This document shows, in pieces, positions 39,956 to 54,109 of a DNA stretch of 64,000 bases. A program made the position numbers and the translations under genes. Positions within the stretch are counted from its first letter, which is position 1; each line of letters opens with the position of its first letter. The notes under the pieces were generated by a model. The model was not told where the DNA came from. It saw only the letters and a list, made by a program, of their open reading frames with translations, and searched no databases. Origin of the DNA: Raillietiella orientalis (lineage: Eukaryota); the NCBI GenBank assembly GCA_036172245.1, contig JAYWIR010000016.1, positions 3,658,001 to 3,722,000 of the forward strand, written 5' to 3'.

Positions 39956-40143
39956 TGTCCATGGAGACGCGAGGGAGGCCTACGCGGTGGTAGAACCTCC
40001 CACTGCATCGACAATGCTTCCATGTCCATGGAGACGCGAGGGAGGCCTACGCGGTGGCAGAACCTCCCACTGCATCGACAATGCTTCCATGTCCATGGAG
40101 ACGCGAGGGAGGCCTACGCGGTGGCAGAACCTCCCACTGCATC
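39956..40143. repeat. Minisatellite, 67-bp unit x ~2.8
   Basis: Unit TGTCCATGGAGACGCGAGGGAGGCCTACGCGGTGG(T/C)AGAACCTCCCACTGCATCGACAATGCTTCCA starts at 39956, 40023 and 40090; one substitution seen. Confidence 0.95.
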
Positions 40144-40683
40144 ACCAAGCGGTTTCGATATGCTTTCGCCCTGCGTTTTCGTACCGCAAAAACGCTTGCA
40201 GATGCGTTTTCCGGAAACGCTGTAGCCAGCGTGCGAAGAGACTCGCAGTGAGATTATAAATAAACCGGTTCGCAGTCCCGTGACCGAATGGCAGCACCTG
40301 CCTACGAGCAGCTCATTAAATAGCACTTGTCGTCTCCCGGCAACCGGGCGAAAGTAAATTACGGACTGGGTATTGTTTCCGCTTCCCTTTGTTGGGATCC
40401 CTGATCCGAAATAAAACAAAAATGGTGCGGCTCCTGCTGTTACCCGAGAACGCCGTTTCCTCTGGCACTGTTATCTTTGGCAGCCACCGGGAGAGGCGAA
40501 CGGCGTGATTGCGCTACGAGATAAGGGTGTTTTCTTTTGTTTTCCACTTTTCCCTTTTTACGCCGAATATAAATAGATATCGCACCACCCGTAGAATAAT
40601 TCTGATGTTTTCCGAGCCGAATTCCAGCAAACTTCACCTGCGAACATTTGCTCATCGTCTCGTTCTTGTTTTTCTAAAAAACC

Positions 40684-40722
40684 ACACACACACACACACA
40701 CACACAGACACACACACACACA
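40684..40722. repeat. (CA)n microsatellite
   Basis: Read directly from the sequence. Confidence 0.95.
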
Positions 40723-40804
40723 AATTAAAAATAAAATAAAATAAGAATTCTTTTTTTTTGTGTGTGTTTTTTTTGGCGCCTGTTTTTTCCTTACTCGAAA
40801 GGTC

Positions 40805-41020
40805 CCTTTTTTTTTTCCTTCGTTCTTTTTTGCAAAACCAGGAATCCTGGAGAATGTGGGAGTTGCACACCCTGAAACCGCTTCGCGCGGGAGGTTCCAA
40901 CAACACGGTTTGAACCGTTCCCAGTTGCTTCGCACGTTTCGCGGACACGTCCGGGATCGAACTCACGTGCGTGGAGGGGTCGTCGCTTTGGTGGAGCCAT
41001 TTTTCCACTTTATCAGTGCA
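40805..41020 (-). mobile_element. Possible degenerate tRNA-derived SINE
   Basis: B-box-like AGTTCGATCCC (40963-40953), a weak A-box-like TGATAAAGTGG upstream and an A-rich tail downstream. No second copy seen. Confidence 0.3.
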
Positions 41021-44000
41021 AGAGGGAGGGGGTAGCTGTGGGCATTTCTCCCGTTTCGTCCCGCCAGTAGCCAACAGTAACGGATCGACTTCCTTCCTCC
41101 CCTCGGAGGGTCGACGAGCGATGTCCAGCAGCCGTGCCAGAACTCTTCGCAGCATCACGGCGGCGGCAGCGGCGGCACCAGGAGAAACGGGGAGACTTGG
41201 GAAACAGACTCGCCACCTGGCTCTCTGCCCAGGGCAAGGGGCAGCGGGGGAGGGGTGCTCGCGAGGTGCCGCTCCCGCGTCTGGGTGAGGTCTGGCAACC
41301 GCGAGAAGACAAGGCGCCGCCCTTGGGAGGCGTTCGCTCGTTCCGAAGAAGGGGGCCGCCCGTTAGATTTTCAGCACGGAGGGAAAGAGAGATCCCCCGC
41401 TCGGGTACCGGAGCAGTAGCGGGCGGAAGCGCTCCCGGTGCGGCTGGCTGGAGCAGCCCGAAAAAGGAAGGGTGCAAGGAGAATCACAAAAACCGCATCT
41501 CAAACAGATGCCACTGCCTCTACGAAGAGCGACTTCTTGGCAGAAATTCCAGCGCAGTTCGGAGATCCTCAGGCAGACACCTCCGGGTGGCACGGTCGAA
41601 GAGATGCAAATCGCACTCGAAAGAGTCAGGCCGCGACGTTCAGGAGGAAGCGGATGGACTGCCGGTTGCGGTCGCCTGCCAACTCCGCGTCGGGCCCTGA
41701 GCGGTTCGGACCTCCCGCCCCCGGCTCGCGAAAATCTTCCGAGAGGAGGCCCTTCGCGACCATCCTGTTGCGGAATCGCCTCTGGAAGCAACGCGGAGGG
41801 TTGCCCAAAGAAACGGGGCTCGCGATCGATGTGGGGCTAAAAGATTCTCCGCACCGATTCCGGGAGCATCGCGCAGCTCCCGGCACGACTCTGTAAGTCC
41901 GGCCTGGAACGCAAATCCTGACGCGGAAGGAGACTCTCTGCTGCCGACCTCGGACCGCCGGCCGCCCATCCTCTTCCTCCCTTCCCGACGGGAAACGCGG
42001 CTTCCCAGAGCACCTCCTCGCCTTCTCTTCGCATCTCGCCTCTTCCCTTTCGTCACGGCCATTGCTGAGCGCGCGCACTCCCCTTCGGGAAGCACCTGAA
42101 GCGACAACGCTTTGGTCCTTGACAAGGATGTTCCCGTCATCACCAAGCGGGTGGACCCTCTTCAAGGAGAAGGTGAAGGAGGGATGCTCGAGGGGAAAAC
42201 TGAGTTGTTCTGCGGGTGGATGGATGCGAAACGCAATGAACCTGCTGGAGGCTACTCTCGGTGGTACCTTCGAGCGAGCAGCTTGAAACCATCCGCGAAG
42301 AAATAGTTGCGTCCTCCCGATGTCCACACTGAGGCCAAACGAGGAATGCCTCCACGATGTTCCTCTCTCCTTCATCCGCATCTTCGCGGAGCACTTGGAG
42401 CCGTTGCCACATTACCAGTGCAGCACGCGAGTGCTACAGATGCCTTGGATTCCTGCTGCATAGGCATGTGCGTGCGACAAAGGCTGCTCGCCTGCTCCGT
42501 CCATGCCTCCAATTGCCCGCATCTGTGCTGCCGCCGCCCTCGCTTCGTTTCACAACTCGAAGGACCGCGCGCTCACAAGAGCGACGGAATCCACGTCCTG
42601 CGAAATTCGCGAGTACAAGTTAGGGACTGGGAAGGATGCAAGAGAAGTGGACTTCCAGCCAAGGAATCCCTTCCCCACCTTTCACGTGGCTGGATCTGAT
42701 TCCTGTGGCCTCCAGATGGACGTGCTCCCTTTTGCCTGCGGCAGCGCGAGAGGATCCACATGGAGAGCGGACGAATTCAGCCGAGGCAGCAGGGAGGAAC
42801 AGCAACTTCATCGCGGAAGCACGCGACTTCTTCGGATCGTGGTACGCGCGCCCGAGTGCATCAAGACATGGGAGGAAAGTCCGAACCGGGTTCGAAAGAA
42901 ATGGGGAACAAGCATCCCAGGAGGCCTCGGATGCTGCGAACAGATCGCTCTCGCACCGCGAATCAAAAATTGGAAAAATACCAAACATCACGCTACACTG
43001 TTTGCAGTTCGCACGTTTGCAACACCTTGCTACTGGCAAAAAATTCGAGCTCTGGTAAAAGATGACGACGAAGATCCGAAACATGCAAACTCGACTGAAA
43101 ACGAAAGGAACGCTGAGAAGGCTTTGGAGAAGCGCTTGCTTTCCCCGAAAGCTCACCACCTCGTGATGATGAACCTCGGAGAGAAGAAAGAATGTTCCTG
43201 CATTCCGCGACGGAATACAAGCGGAGATCCGCAGCACCAAAGTCGGTCCCTTCTCGTACCCGGGGGATTCATTTGGCAAACCAGGAATTCCGGGAGAATA
43301 ACAATTCTCACTCAAGAAACAATGTCACTAAAAAATCCGGATTCCGGGAATCGTGCTGCAGCTTTCCTCTTGAAAAATCCCCCTTTCCAAACAGACGAGA
43401 ATTGCGAGCAAAAATCAGCACTTCATCTTTTTCTTTCATAAATAGCCAGAGATGCTCAAAGGAAAAAAAAGTTGCCGACGGTGTACGCGATCACATAGGT
43501 CACTGAAATGGAAGCCGCAAACTTCGCACCAGCAAATGACAGCCGCAAACTCTCCCTCCCCCCCCCGTGTACGCCCATGTGTATAATGTGCCGACGCATC
43601 GTATAAGGTTGACGCCACAGGCGGTATAAGTAGTACGGTGCTAAACTAATCATGCTCATCCCTGGTAGCGTGCTCTCAAAGAGAGGAACAAGAGCAATGC
43701 ATTGGCTTTCAGTTGATTCACCGATGCAAAAACACCAGGAAAACAGGATGAAAAAACGAAAGGGGGGAGGGGTGAGGAGGCTCGTTATTTGGAGGAATGT
43801 TATTACCAAACCAGCTCTGCGTAAAACTATGCCAAAGAAAAGAAGCTCATTAAAACAGTACGTGGGTTATAGGTTCCCTTGCATACATGCTGGTTGCCTT
43901 GTTTCCTGTTAAATGAGCTCGCAAGATTGCTTGCTCCTGAAACCCCACATCACTTCGTCTTCTTATGCCTCATTCGTGATGAACAATTTCATTACTCTAC

Positions 44001-47000
44001 CTGCTGGTCGGGAAGAATCGAAAACCGAATCGTGCCTTAATGGCTGCTTTCGATCGCACGCAAAAGCGGAGCCAAAGACTTCGTCAAAAGGAAGTGTTCT
44101 CGAAAGTGGAAGATTCAAGCACCACCACATGGTAGTAACACAATGTACAATACAAAAAGCACAAACAAAACGTGGATTCATCAGCTGTCCTAGTGTACGC
44201 TTGAATGCTAAGAAGGCATTCTGTGCATCCATGGATTTCCTAAATTTCATCATGAGAAAGTGTTGCACATGAAGTAAATGTCTGTCTTGTCTTCATGTAA
44301 TGCCTGCACTGCATGAAGACTAAGTTTCGTTTTGTTTAAACCGTTGCAAAGGAGTAACACATCTCACAGCATTCTGCCCATACCGTTTGACACAGAGGGA
44401 GAAAAGAATTCCAAGAAACCATGATCGTCAAGTCTACAGGAAGTATTTGAAACTGTGATGTGACAGCAGAACCAGGGAAGCTATCAAGAATCAATCGAAT
44501 TACAAGCATTTTTTTTTTAAAAAAAAAAAAGAAACGAGCACTAGTACATAAACAACAACAAGCAACAGAAACCACAAGAGCTAATCTGAAACACAAAGAG
44601 CTGAAAGTAAACACATCAAAGGAACCAGGAAGTGGGACGTGATAATTCCGATTCTGGGACTGTTATCCAAAACGGAATGTGCAAATTCACCAAGCTCCTG
44701 CTTGGTTTGCATGTACAGAACTGACTGGAGAAAATTTCCCGATTCCTGTCTTCGCACAACCACATTCAACAGGAAAGCAGGTAGCACTAGGAAAACATTA
44801 GAACCTCCTCCGCTCGTTCCAGTAAATCACAGAATCGGGCCGGTTCGGACCATTTAGTAATTAACGTGGGCAATGAAGCTGCTTTAAAAAAAAAACAAGT
44901 AATAAGAGTAAGCGCTCTTTAAAAAGAAATCACAACAACCTGCTGGATGCTGAGTCACGAATTACGACGACGACCTTGTATTTAAGTTCTTTGGGCACTT
45001 GCCCAGCTACTCCAAGAATACTTATTACATGCGTAGGCTTTGTAGATGTACATACACGTATGTATGCGATATGAAAAACCCAGCGTGAAGGCCTCAAAGT
45101 TCAAAATATCAATACAACATTAGAATGTTACTCCAAACCCAATTTTGAATGCAAATTTGAAACATAGCATACAAATAAATGCAATAAACAACACGTTTGA
45201 TCAACTAAAACCACACAATGAATCAAAGAAATACAAACAGAGAAAAAGAAACAACAAAATGCTATTTTCCAATATTTCTTTATTTCACCAAAATCACACA
45301 GTCTCTCCCTTCCTCAATAAGCTGTGGAAAGCATACAAACACACTCCACTGATACATGGAAACCTTTTAAATTTCATATCAAAGCTGAATAGAAGGTGTG
45401 CTTGAATTAGAAAACCCCTGCAAAGCCAATGCTTCACAGAGGTGAGAAGAAACAAACACTCACGATGAAGATTCTAAAGAAATTAGTCATACTTTATTTA
45501 CAAACCTTTACATCATTTTGTTTAAAAATGACACTGCCAAACACCATTTGTTTTCCTTTGTTTTTGACATATGGGAAGAATGCATACGCAACTACTTTGA
45601 AGCAAAGCTAAGATTTTCCAACCATCTTCAGCAATTCACCAAAAGTCCTGTTTAAATACAGTATTTTTGAAAACGCCAGAATTCGCATGACCAACAAAAG
45701 ACAAAGAAATAATGAAAACCAATAAGTTTCTCTTTTGCAAACACAAAAGTATTATGTACTGATGAAAGCAAAGAACAAAGAAACCTGTTGCATGGCCAAT
45801 CAATTCCAGTCACAACAACATTGGCAACAAAATGTTTTTACTTCAACAAAATGTTTGTGTAACTTGCTTTCATTCACATCCATACCCACAAAAAGGAATT
45901 GTTCACATCTTTGAAAAAAAATCATTGATTTTTAGCCCCAAGACAATATCTGAAAACAGAAATGAATACAGTCCTTTAAAAATCCCAGAAAGAGTTATCA
46001 CATTAAATAAAAAGTCCAATGATATGACAATAAATTGATTACAAAATAAAAATGAACCCTTGAATGCGGTTTCCAGCAGAACCATAATCTCAAACAGGTT
46101 TTTACATATTTAGTATTCATACTAATAATATTATTTAGTATTTATATTAATGATGCAAATCTTGATTGGGTTTGTGAAAAGTAAGATCTCATTTTTTTCC
46201 TTTAATTACATTTAAAACGGTATTAAATGATAACTTGAACTTCTAACATACGAATGCTAAAATTTACAGGAAAAACAACACTGATAATCATCCATGTACT
46301 CCACAATTCCCTTTCTAACTGGTGGGGCTGCAAGAGCTGAAATTAGTAAACTATCTCAATAGCACTTGAATAAAAATGAAAAATTAATTGAAAGAAAAGT
46401 AGCATCACTCATTCTAAAACGAAAATTATAGGAAGCTTAAAAACATAAGAGCGTATTTACAAGGCTGGGTTACTGCCACAGATCTGAGAAACAATGACAG
46501 AAAACAAACAACTGAGCTTCCTTTTTTATTCCCAGAAAATCTACCATACAAAACACAAGTATGCAGAGACCCAAAATGGACATCACTAATTATTATGGAG
46601 GAATTTGGCTTATCATGTTTCCCCAACAAAATATCGGAAAGTGTGAATGATAAAAATCTGAATATTTGAGAGGGAGGGGGAATACATAAAAACAAACAAA
46701 CGAATTTTTTTTTGGATTATATCAGGTCAACATTAAAAAAAAACAAAAGGCAAACTAATGCTTTTCCATCATGTGCAAAGCAATTTCTTAGAAGTTATCA
46801 AAAGAGATTTTTAAATAGCACACCTTTTCTTGCATGAATTCCAAAGACCTAAGCATTATCAAAAACAAAATAAGATACAAAACAAGAGTTGGAACAGAAA
46901 CATGGTGCATTATCATTAACATATATAAAACAGAGGCAACCACATTATTATGTCAGAAGTATGTGAATCAAAAAAAATTAAAGATGATTATAAAAACCAA

Positions 47001-50000
47001 TCCAGATCTTCTGCAACTAACTTATAGGACAATGAATCATGCATAATGGTCAGTAATTAACATCATTAACACCATTTAACAATGAGCATTTCGATGACAT
47101 TTGAAACAACCTTGAAGAATAACAGGGATGCTAGAGACTTACATCAGAGAATTTCAAAAGCACATTAATTAATTGTATTCTCTAATCCAATTTCCGAACT
47201 CCACTTCATGTATTTTGAAGCAACTTTACTAGAATTCAAAATTTATTCTTCTGAAATAACTCTCTACATGAATATTTTTTGAATGAATGAATGAAAGGCA
47301 AAAAGGACTGCATCTATAAAACTCCCCTACACAAAAAATATGTACTGGCTTAGTGACATAATTATTTACACATAACCTACAATTAAGTACATTCACTATC
47401 AATCAGTGCAACTTCATAACCATAGCAGACAGTTTGCTTGCATCATGCATTCCAGCTTAAAAAAGTGGCTTAATTCAACAAAGTTGAAAAAATTTGGTTA
47501 CTTCAATTGGCACACTAATTTAAAAAACAATATCTTCAGCAAGAAGAACTTATTTCATAGCAAAACATTTCAATTATTAACACAGCATGCACACCTGATC
47601 TTGAATTAATACCTGCTATTCATTTCAAATTTTTCATACATGAAGCCACAACTTCAATGCTCATAACCATATCAATACGCTATAGTGCATGCAGTGCATT
47701 TAACTGTGCAATGCAGCAAATGAATGCCTGCATTTTTTCTACGAAAATCAATTTCAAAATCTCATTTTAAATACCTCATTTACACATAATACAGTTTACA
47801 CATAATGAAAATACTGTAGTTCACAAAACATGTAGTCCATTTAGTTAAACCTAAGTGATCAAAAAGGCACATGTATCTACAAATAACTACAGTCTGAATT
47901 CTTTGAAAAGTAAAAAGGTACAGAAAACTTCAGTCGAAAACTCATTTTCTCAGCAGTAAACAAAAACAAAAAAACCAAAGGAATATCATAAACGGAAAGT
48001 AACATAAAAATTATTGTCATTTTAACGAAAAACTCTCTTAAAAAATTGAAAACATGGCACCAAACTTGAAACTAGCACTTCTTCAAAACCTAATATTAGA
48101 ACTTAATTTGAAAAAATGCAAGGCTAAGCGATTCTACCACCACTACACATATAAAATTATGAGAACAATGTTTTTTTTTTATGCCTACACCTATCGAACT
48201 CCATTTGCAAAAAGTTCTATGATTACGAAAACGTACTAAATTTACAGATCTTTTTTCAGACACAGTTTTTATTTGAATGAGTCCTTTCCGATTACACAAC
48301 TTCAAACGGGGAAAAGTTTCAAATTTTGAATTACATACTTTTGAGTTGCAGACCTAACTTTACTTATTGATGTCTATTAATTCTTGAATCTTACGCTGTC
48401 TGGCTTACTTACACTTGTCTCTGTGTCAACATAAGTTAAGAGTGTGTCGTGTTTGAATTCATCTAGTGCAACATTTATCCCAACATTAGTCATATGGAAG
48501 CAATATTTGTATTCATCTAATTTAATCTGCAATAGAATCAATAAAATGCAACGAAAATTCTCTGAGTGCTTTCATACTTTTTGTAACAGAGAAATCTTAG
48601 CTTTTAATATTCTTAAAAACGTTTTCAAAGGATGTTTACATATTTGAAACACACTGATAAATGACATCAAACTACAGCTTCGAGTTCTAATAAATTCCTG
48701 AGAAGCAACATCAATACAGTATGGGTAACGTTACTCATTTAAAACATAAGTTTAAAACCGTTCCTCAGCACTGCGTGATAAAATTTACAAGAAGTACCAA
48801 CTTCGAGCTATATTTCGTATTTTGATAAAATTCATATTGTGCAAATATATAACAAATGATACAGCTTTTTCCCTAGGAAAACAAATCATTAGCACGTTGA
48901 ATTCATTTTCTGCGGGAATTCGTAGAACACATTTGAATTCCTTCACAAGGCTTCAAAAGAGCCTCAGCCATCGATACTTTCAGCTATAAACGACGAAATT
49001 AAAAATCAATGGAAACAGCGTAATTTTTTCAGTAGCGTCATTCACAAAAGTGATTTATGTAATCCTCTGTTGCGTAATTCTGTTTCAAATTCATGTCCTC
49101 GTCACATCAACTGCAAGTTCAATTACAAGTAGGTGACGTTTCCAGATTAAATGGCAATGATTACAGATGCAATTAGTTGTACTGATTTGCTGTTACATGT
49201 ATTCAACAAATCGCATGAGTTCCTAGACTTATTGGTTTTATCAGTGACTTCAAAAGATGATTTTTCTAGTCAGTTCCCTTTTTGGAAGCATTAGACTGCA
49301 AAACGAGCCCAACTTAGAGAATCAGTTTTACACACGAAAACACTTAGTCGAAAACACAGATAAAAGATATTTTGAAAGAATTATCAGTGCATTATTTAGT
49401 TCCCAACAGTGATTCCTGAAAAACTAAACAAGGTTATACATATCTGGCAATGACAGAAACTTCTTACTTTGAATAATCGGCTTATTGTTTAAGCGCAGAA
49501 AGTGTATGCGAGAACTTGCTTCCTTCTACCTCACCAATGATTGTCCATTCGTTATTATAGTTCATAATGATTCCATGAGCTCATTTTCCTGATTTTATTA
49601 ATTTTAAGAAGAATAGAAACAGTAGAGAAGCGGAAAAGTCATTCCAAATAAGATTGCTTCGAATTTTGATTCATTGGTGTGCTCGGGTAAACAAGTATTT
49701 CTCCCAAAATGATCAACTGAAGTAATTAATTTAATCGTGATTTGTCTTATAAGAAAAGAAATGGTAAAATCAGAAAGTGGATTCCCAGAGCACATCACAT
49801 TCATATTGAACTACTACTTTTGTTTCTCGGACGTTATAATGCAGAGCATATTCAATAACAATTTTCTTTTCATTCCCACATGAATAATGTGAGAATTTAT
49901 ATACACAAAAATCATTGCATCCTCTTAATTCCAGGCACAAAAGTGTCATTCTTCTGATTACTTCTGCTTATTTTTCTACTGCTATTTCAAAGATTTTCTT

Positions 50001-50861
50001 TAAATGAAATAACTTTGTTTAGTACTTTTCTCGCACTAGTTTTGCTGTTATTCAACCCAACACTTTTTCCCACCCTTCGAAGAGTTCTGATTTTGATATA
50101 CGATTATATTTATCATAATATAAATACAATAATTTATTGAATCACTACCACGATTCAATATATGAGCACTTATTGCAATCAAATATTTTTTCACTCTATT
50201 ATTTATTGAAGAATGGAATTTATTTTTTTTACTCTTCATTTATAAAAAATTTTTTTTTTTTTCAGTTCTGATTTTAGTTAAGAATTTACGAATTTTGATT
50301 GTGAAAAGCTGCCACGAATTTTGATTTCATTACAATCACAATATAAGTAATAACCGAATAATCTATCCCATTTGGATGTTGTACATTTTAATTTCCAAAG
50401 GAAAAAAATAACCTGAAATCCAATTCATAGATCAAGAGACATTTGTTTCTCTAAACCGGATTTATCTTGATATTCTTAAAATGACATCTTTGAGTCTACA
50501 TAGTTACTTAGGTTTTTTATTTCTCCAGATACATGAGTTTTAGCAGAAATTCTTGCATTCACAGTTTAAACTATCAGATGCAATATTGTAATACATAATG
50601 CCAGACTGGAGTCGGTACCTACTGCTTGTTCGCGATTTTCGAAAACTCGTCCGTGTATGTGCAGAAATTTGAAGTTCAGCTTCATTATGGTTTGAATTTA
50701 ATGTTCATCTTTTATATTTTAATAAGTTTTGGTATTGTGGACATAATAACTATATGCAATTTAGTGATATGTAATGTGAATGGAGACTGTTTTATAGTCT
50801 GAATACCACCATATTAGTTTATGTAATCATTTGCATACAAGAGGGTGCAAATTCTTGAAAA

Positions 50862-53800
50862 ATGAAAACCAATAAGAGTTCTGGAGAATTTGTTGAATTA
50901 CTACAAGCTGCCGAACAGCTTACTGCCGAAATGGACCAAAGTGGAGACTTACCCAGGGTGGAAAGAAACCTGAAGCAAATTCTTGATGCTGGGCAGCAGT
51001 TGTGGTCTAGAACAGCACAGACCGGAACTCAGGATGTGAAGGCGTACGAATTTATTGTTAACGCATAACTCAATTATGAATTTTTTTGTTGCTAGGAAGC
51101 AATGTTTTACGCAAATTTAATCATTAGAATGCAATCCATTATATCTTTATCACCAGTGTGCCCCTTCAGTTGCTTTCAGTATTAAAAATCATATACTAAT
51201 TGTTTGTTTCTGCTAGGTCGATCTTGTTGGGTTCAAAAGGATTCGATCTCCCATCAATTTCACAGAAGCTCGAATCTTTAAGCAGTGCAAAGTCATTTGA
51301 ACCTATTAAACCTGTGCGTGATTGGGATATACAAGGATTTTTAAAAAATGAAAGAGAAAATGCCATTCTTTCTATAATTGAAGAGATCAAGACATCTGTG
51401 AGGACCTTTGGTTATTTATTGTTGTTGCTTATTGTGTGTACTTCAGACTTATGAATATGTGGAACGAAAATTTTCCGAAAGCATGAGAACTCAGTGGGAG
51501 CAAGAAAAGCAGAAAATATTGTCATCATTAGGAGCATTAAGTAAAGATGGATTTGATCTGGGTAACACCATTGTAAGTATGTGCAGCTAGCTTTCAACAG
51601 TTTCAATTCTTTTAGGAGCAAACTGTTGATACTAGTTCTTTAATAGTAAGTAGTTCAACAGTATTGAATAGTTTGGAGTTGGCATTCATGAAAGAAGTTT
51701 GTCATTATAATCAGCAAACTCTTCATGGGGGTATTCGTCCAAAACTTACTCAGCGCTTTGCCGAAGTAGCCAAAGAATCTGGTGACCAGGTAACAAGTCA
51801 GCAAACAGAATTACTCCATTAAGGATTCTTAGAATATTGCAGAGTTGTGGGAATTGGTACGGTGTCTGGGTGATGTAGTTTTTCTTGGAATGGGAGATGC
51901 AGCAACAGCTCGACAGAGTACAGCAGGAATATCCTCTTTGCTTGATCATACTAGAAAGTATTTGGAACAATGGTGAGTTCAACTAGGAAATGAATTCTGT
52001 AGCCTTCTTGATAGTTTCATGAGACATATGCAAAATACAGTGGCCAACAGGTTACAGCACACATCTCTTGGAGGTGTTCCCGGAACCTTTCATTTAGTTA
52101 GAGCCTACTTGCAGCTAAAACTAAATGCTAGTTCAATGTATGAAGATGGATGTGTGCAAGGACAACCAGTGTGGCCCATGATTTATTGTTGTTTGCGTTG
52201 TGGAGATATTGCTGCAGCATCACAAGTAGTGGAGGCAGCAGGGTAATGAGTCATCATTTCTTCAGATTCAGCATTCCTTTTCATAGGCCAGCATTGGCGC
52301 AGTTTCAACCTTTCATTCAAGAGTTGGCTCATAATGCCAGTAGGAAACTGAGCCCTACTTCTGAAGCTTTCGTACAGTTACAGTATCGGCGTTCCATTCG
52401 CCGTTGTAGTGATCTTTATAAAAGGTCTGAAGCATGAAATTCCATAAGAGTTGGAAATTTGAACTAGGACATATCCAGATTAGTTTATTGTGTTTTGGGG
52501 TCCTGTGATCCTTCAGATGACCATTCAGAAATTGCTACTCGCACTGAGGACTATTTATGGCTTAAGCTCTGCCAGCTGCATGCTGACATTCCAACAGATT
52601 CTTGCCCATCGGATAAATTAACATATACAGGTTTCCAGACGTTAATTTTAGAAGAATATGGTGAGAGCACTATCCACTAGTTGGAGAATAACAGTTTCAC
52701 TTATTTTCGTATGTAGGAGAAACCCACTTTCAAGCTTACCAGCACCCTTTAGTATATGCTAGTGTCTTGTTATTGACAGGCCAGTTTGAAGCTGCATTGG
52801 AATTCATGTCAAGAATTTCACACTTGCGTGTCCATGCAGTACACATAGCTTTGGCCTTTAATGAGCAAGGCCTTTTAGCAGTAACTGATAATGTGCAGCA
52901 GCCTCTTTGTAAGTAATAAGAGATCTCATGAATCATTTGCCCTGTATAGTATCAAAATACTCATCTGGTCAGCCACCATTTCGTCGACTAAATTTAGTAC
53001 GGTTATTGCTACTGTATACTCGCCAGTTTGAGGCTGCTGAGCCCCAGAGGGCTTTGCAGTATTTCTGGTTCTTAAAGGATCTCTCAGATGGACAAGGAAA
53101 TTCTCTCTTTGAGAACTGTGCAGTAGAATTGGTTCTAGAATCACGTGAATTCCAGATTTTGTTGGGACACTTAGAACCTGATGGTTGTCGCATACCTGGC
53201 TGCATTGATCAGTTTCAAGTGAGCACTCCACTAAGTTTGAAGATCAGAAATGTTGTTTTGCAGCTGGATGTTCCCAAAATTATTGGCATGGTGGCTCAAA
53301 AATCAGAAAACCAAGGATTGCTAGAGGATGCTGCAAAGCTGTATGACTTGGCAAAGGTATGGTGAAAGCATTCAACATATTTATTGTGTGCTTCACACAT
53401 AGAACCATGATAAAGTATTCGAGCTACTTATTAAGTTGCTCAGTCAAGTTGCTGCTCAGCTTCCAGCATCTGAATCAACCAGAGATCGGCTGCATAAGTA
53501 TGCATGTGAAGTAGGAGAAAGATACAAAAACTTTGGTCATTCCGGAACAGCCAAAATAGCAGCTACATTTTACTTGCTGCTGGATGTGATGACATTTTTC
53601 GAGTTGTATCACTTGAAAAAACTGGATGAAGCCTTAAATGTAAGTCTCTCAGTTATGCAGAATATACATTTCTTAAAGGTTATGTCACAATTGAAATTGG
53701 TTCCTTTACACCAACAAGATTTGGAACAGTATGTGGAGGAATTCAAGGATTTCTCTGAGGACATACGCTGCCTCATTCCATATTTGCTTTTGTCTGTGAT

Positions 53801-54108
53801 GAACATTATATATTCAAAATACCAAGCTACCAAGTAAGTGTGCTGCTCTCCATTCTAGTTTCCATTAAAGTGTTGCAGGAGCAATGTGCTACCCACCAGC
53901 ACTGCAAGAGGTAGAAGAATTCAGGATGGAGGCCAAGAAAAAGTAAGCACGCTCAGAAAAAATAATTTATATTTAATGAGAACTTTAGTATAGAGAAGAT
54001 TTGCGTGCCCAAGCTTCCTGCTTGATTACTTATGCTGGCATGATTCCATATCGATTACCAGGGGACACTACCGCACAACTTATACAAACTGAAGTTCTAA
54101 TGCGCTAA
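50862..54108 (+). CDS. NUP93: Nuclear pore complex protein Nup93 (15 exons, 826 aa)
   Basis: Exons 50862-51043, 51217-51397, 51447-51572, 51616-51789, 51833-51972, 52015-52242, 52287-52424, 52479-52660, 52717-52908, 52950-53218, 53264-53356, 53403-53639, 53679-53833, 53879-53942, 53989-54108 (2481 nt). Motifs: [82 protein letters not shown]. Confidence 0.97.
53972..53977 (-). promoter_or_regulatory. Candidate poly(A) signal of ARL2BP
   Basis: ATTAAA on the minus strand ~130 nt past the ARL2BP stop, inside the last Nup93 intron. Confidence 0.45.
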
Positions 54109-54109
54109 T

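Noticed and set aside
39956..40143. CRISPR-like appearance of the repeated unit
   Set aside because: No unique spacers, eukaryotic context and no cas genes.
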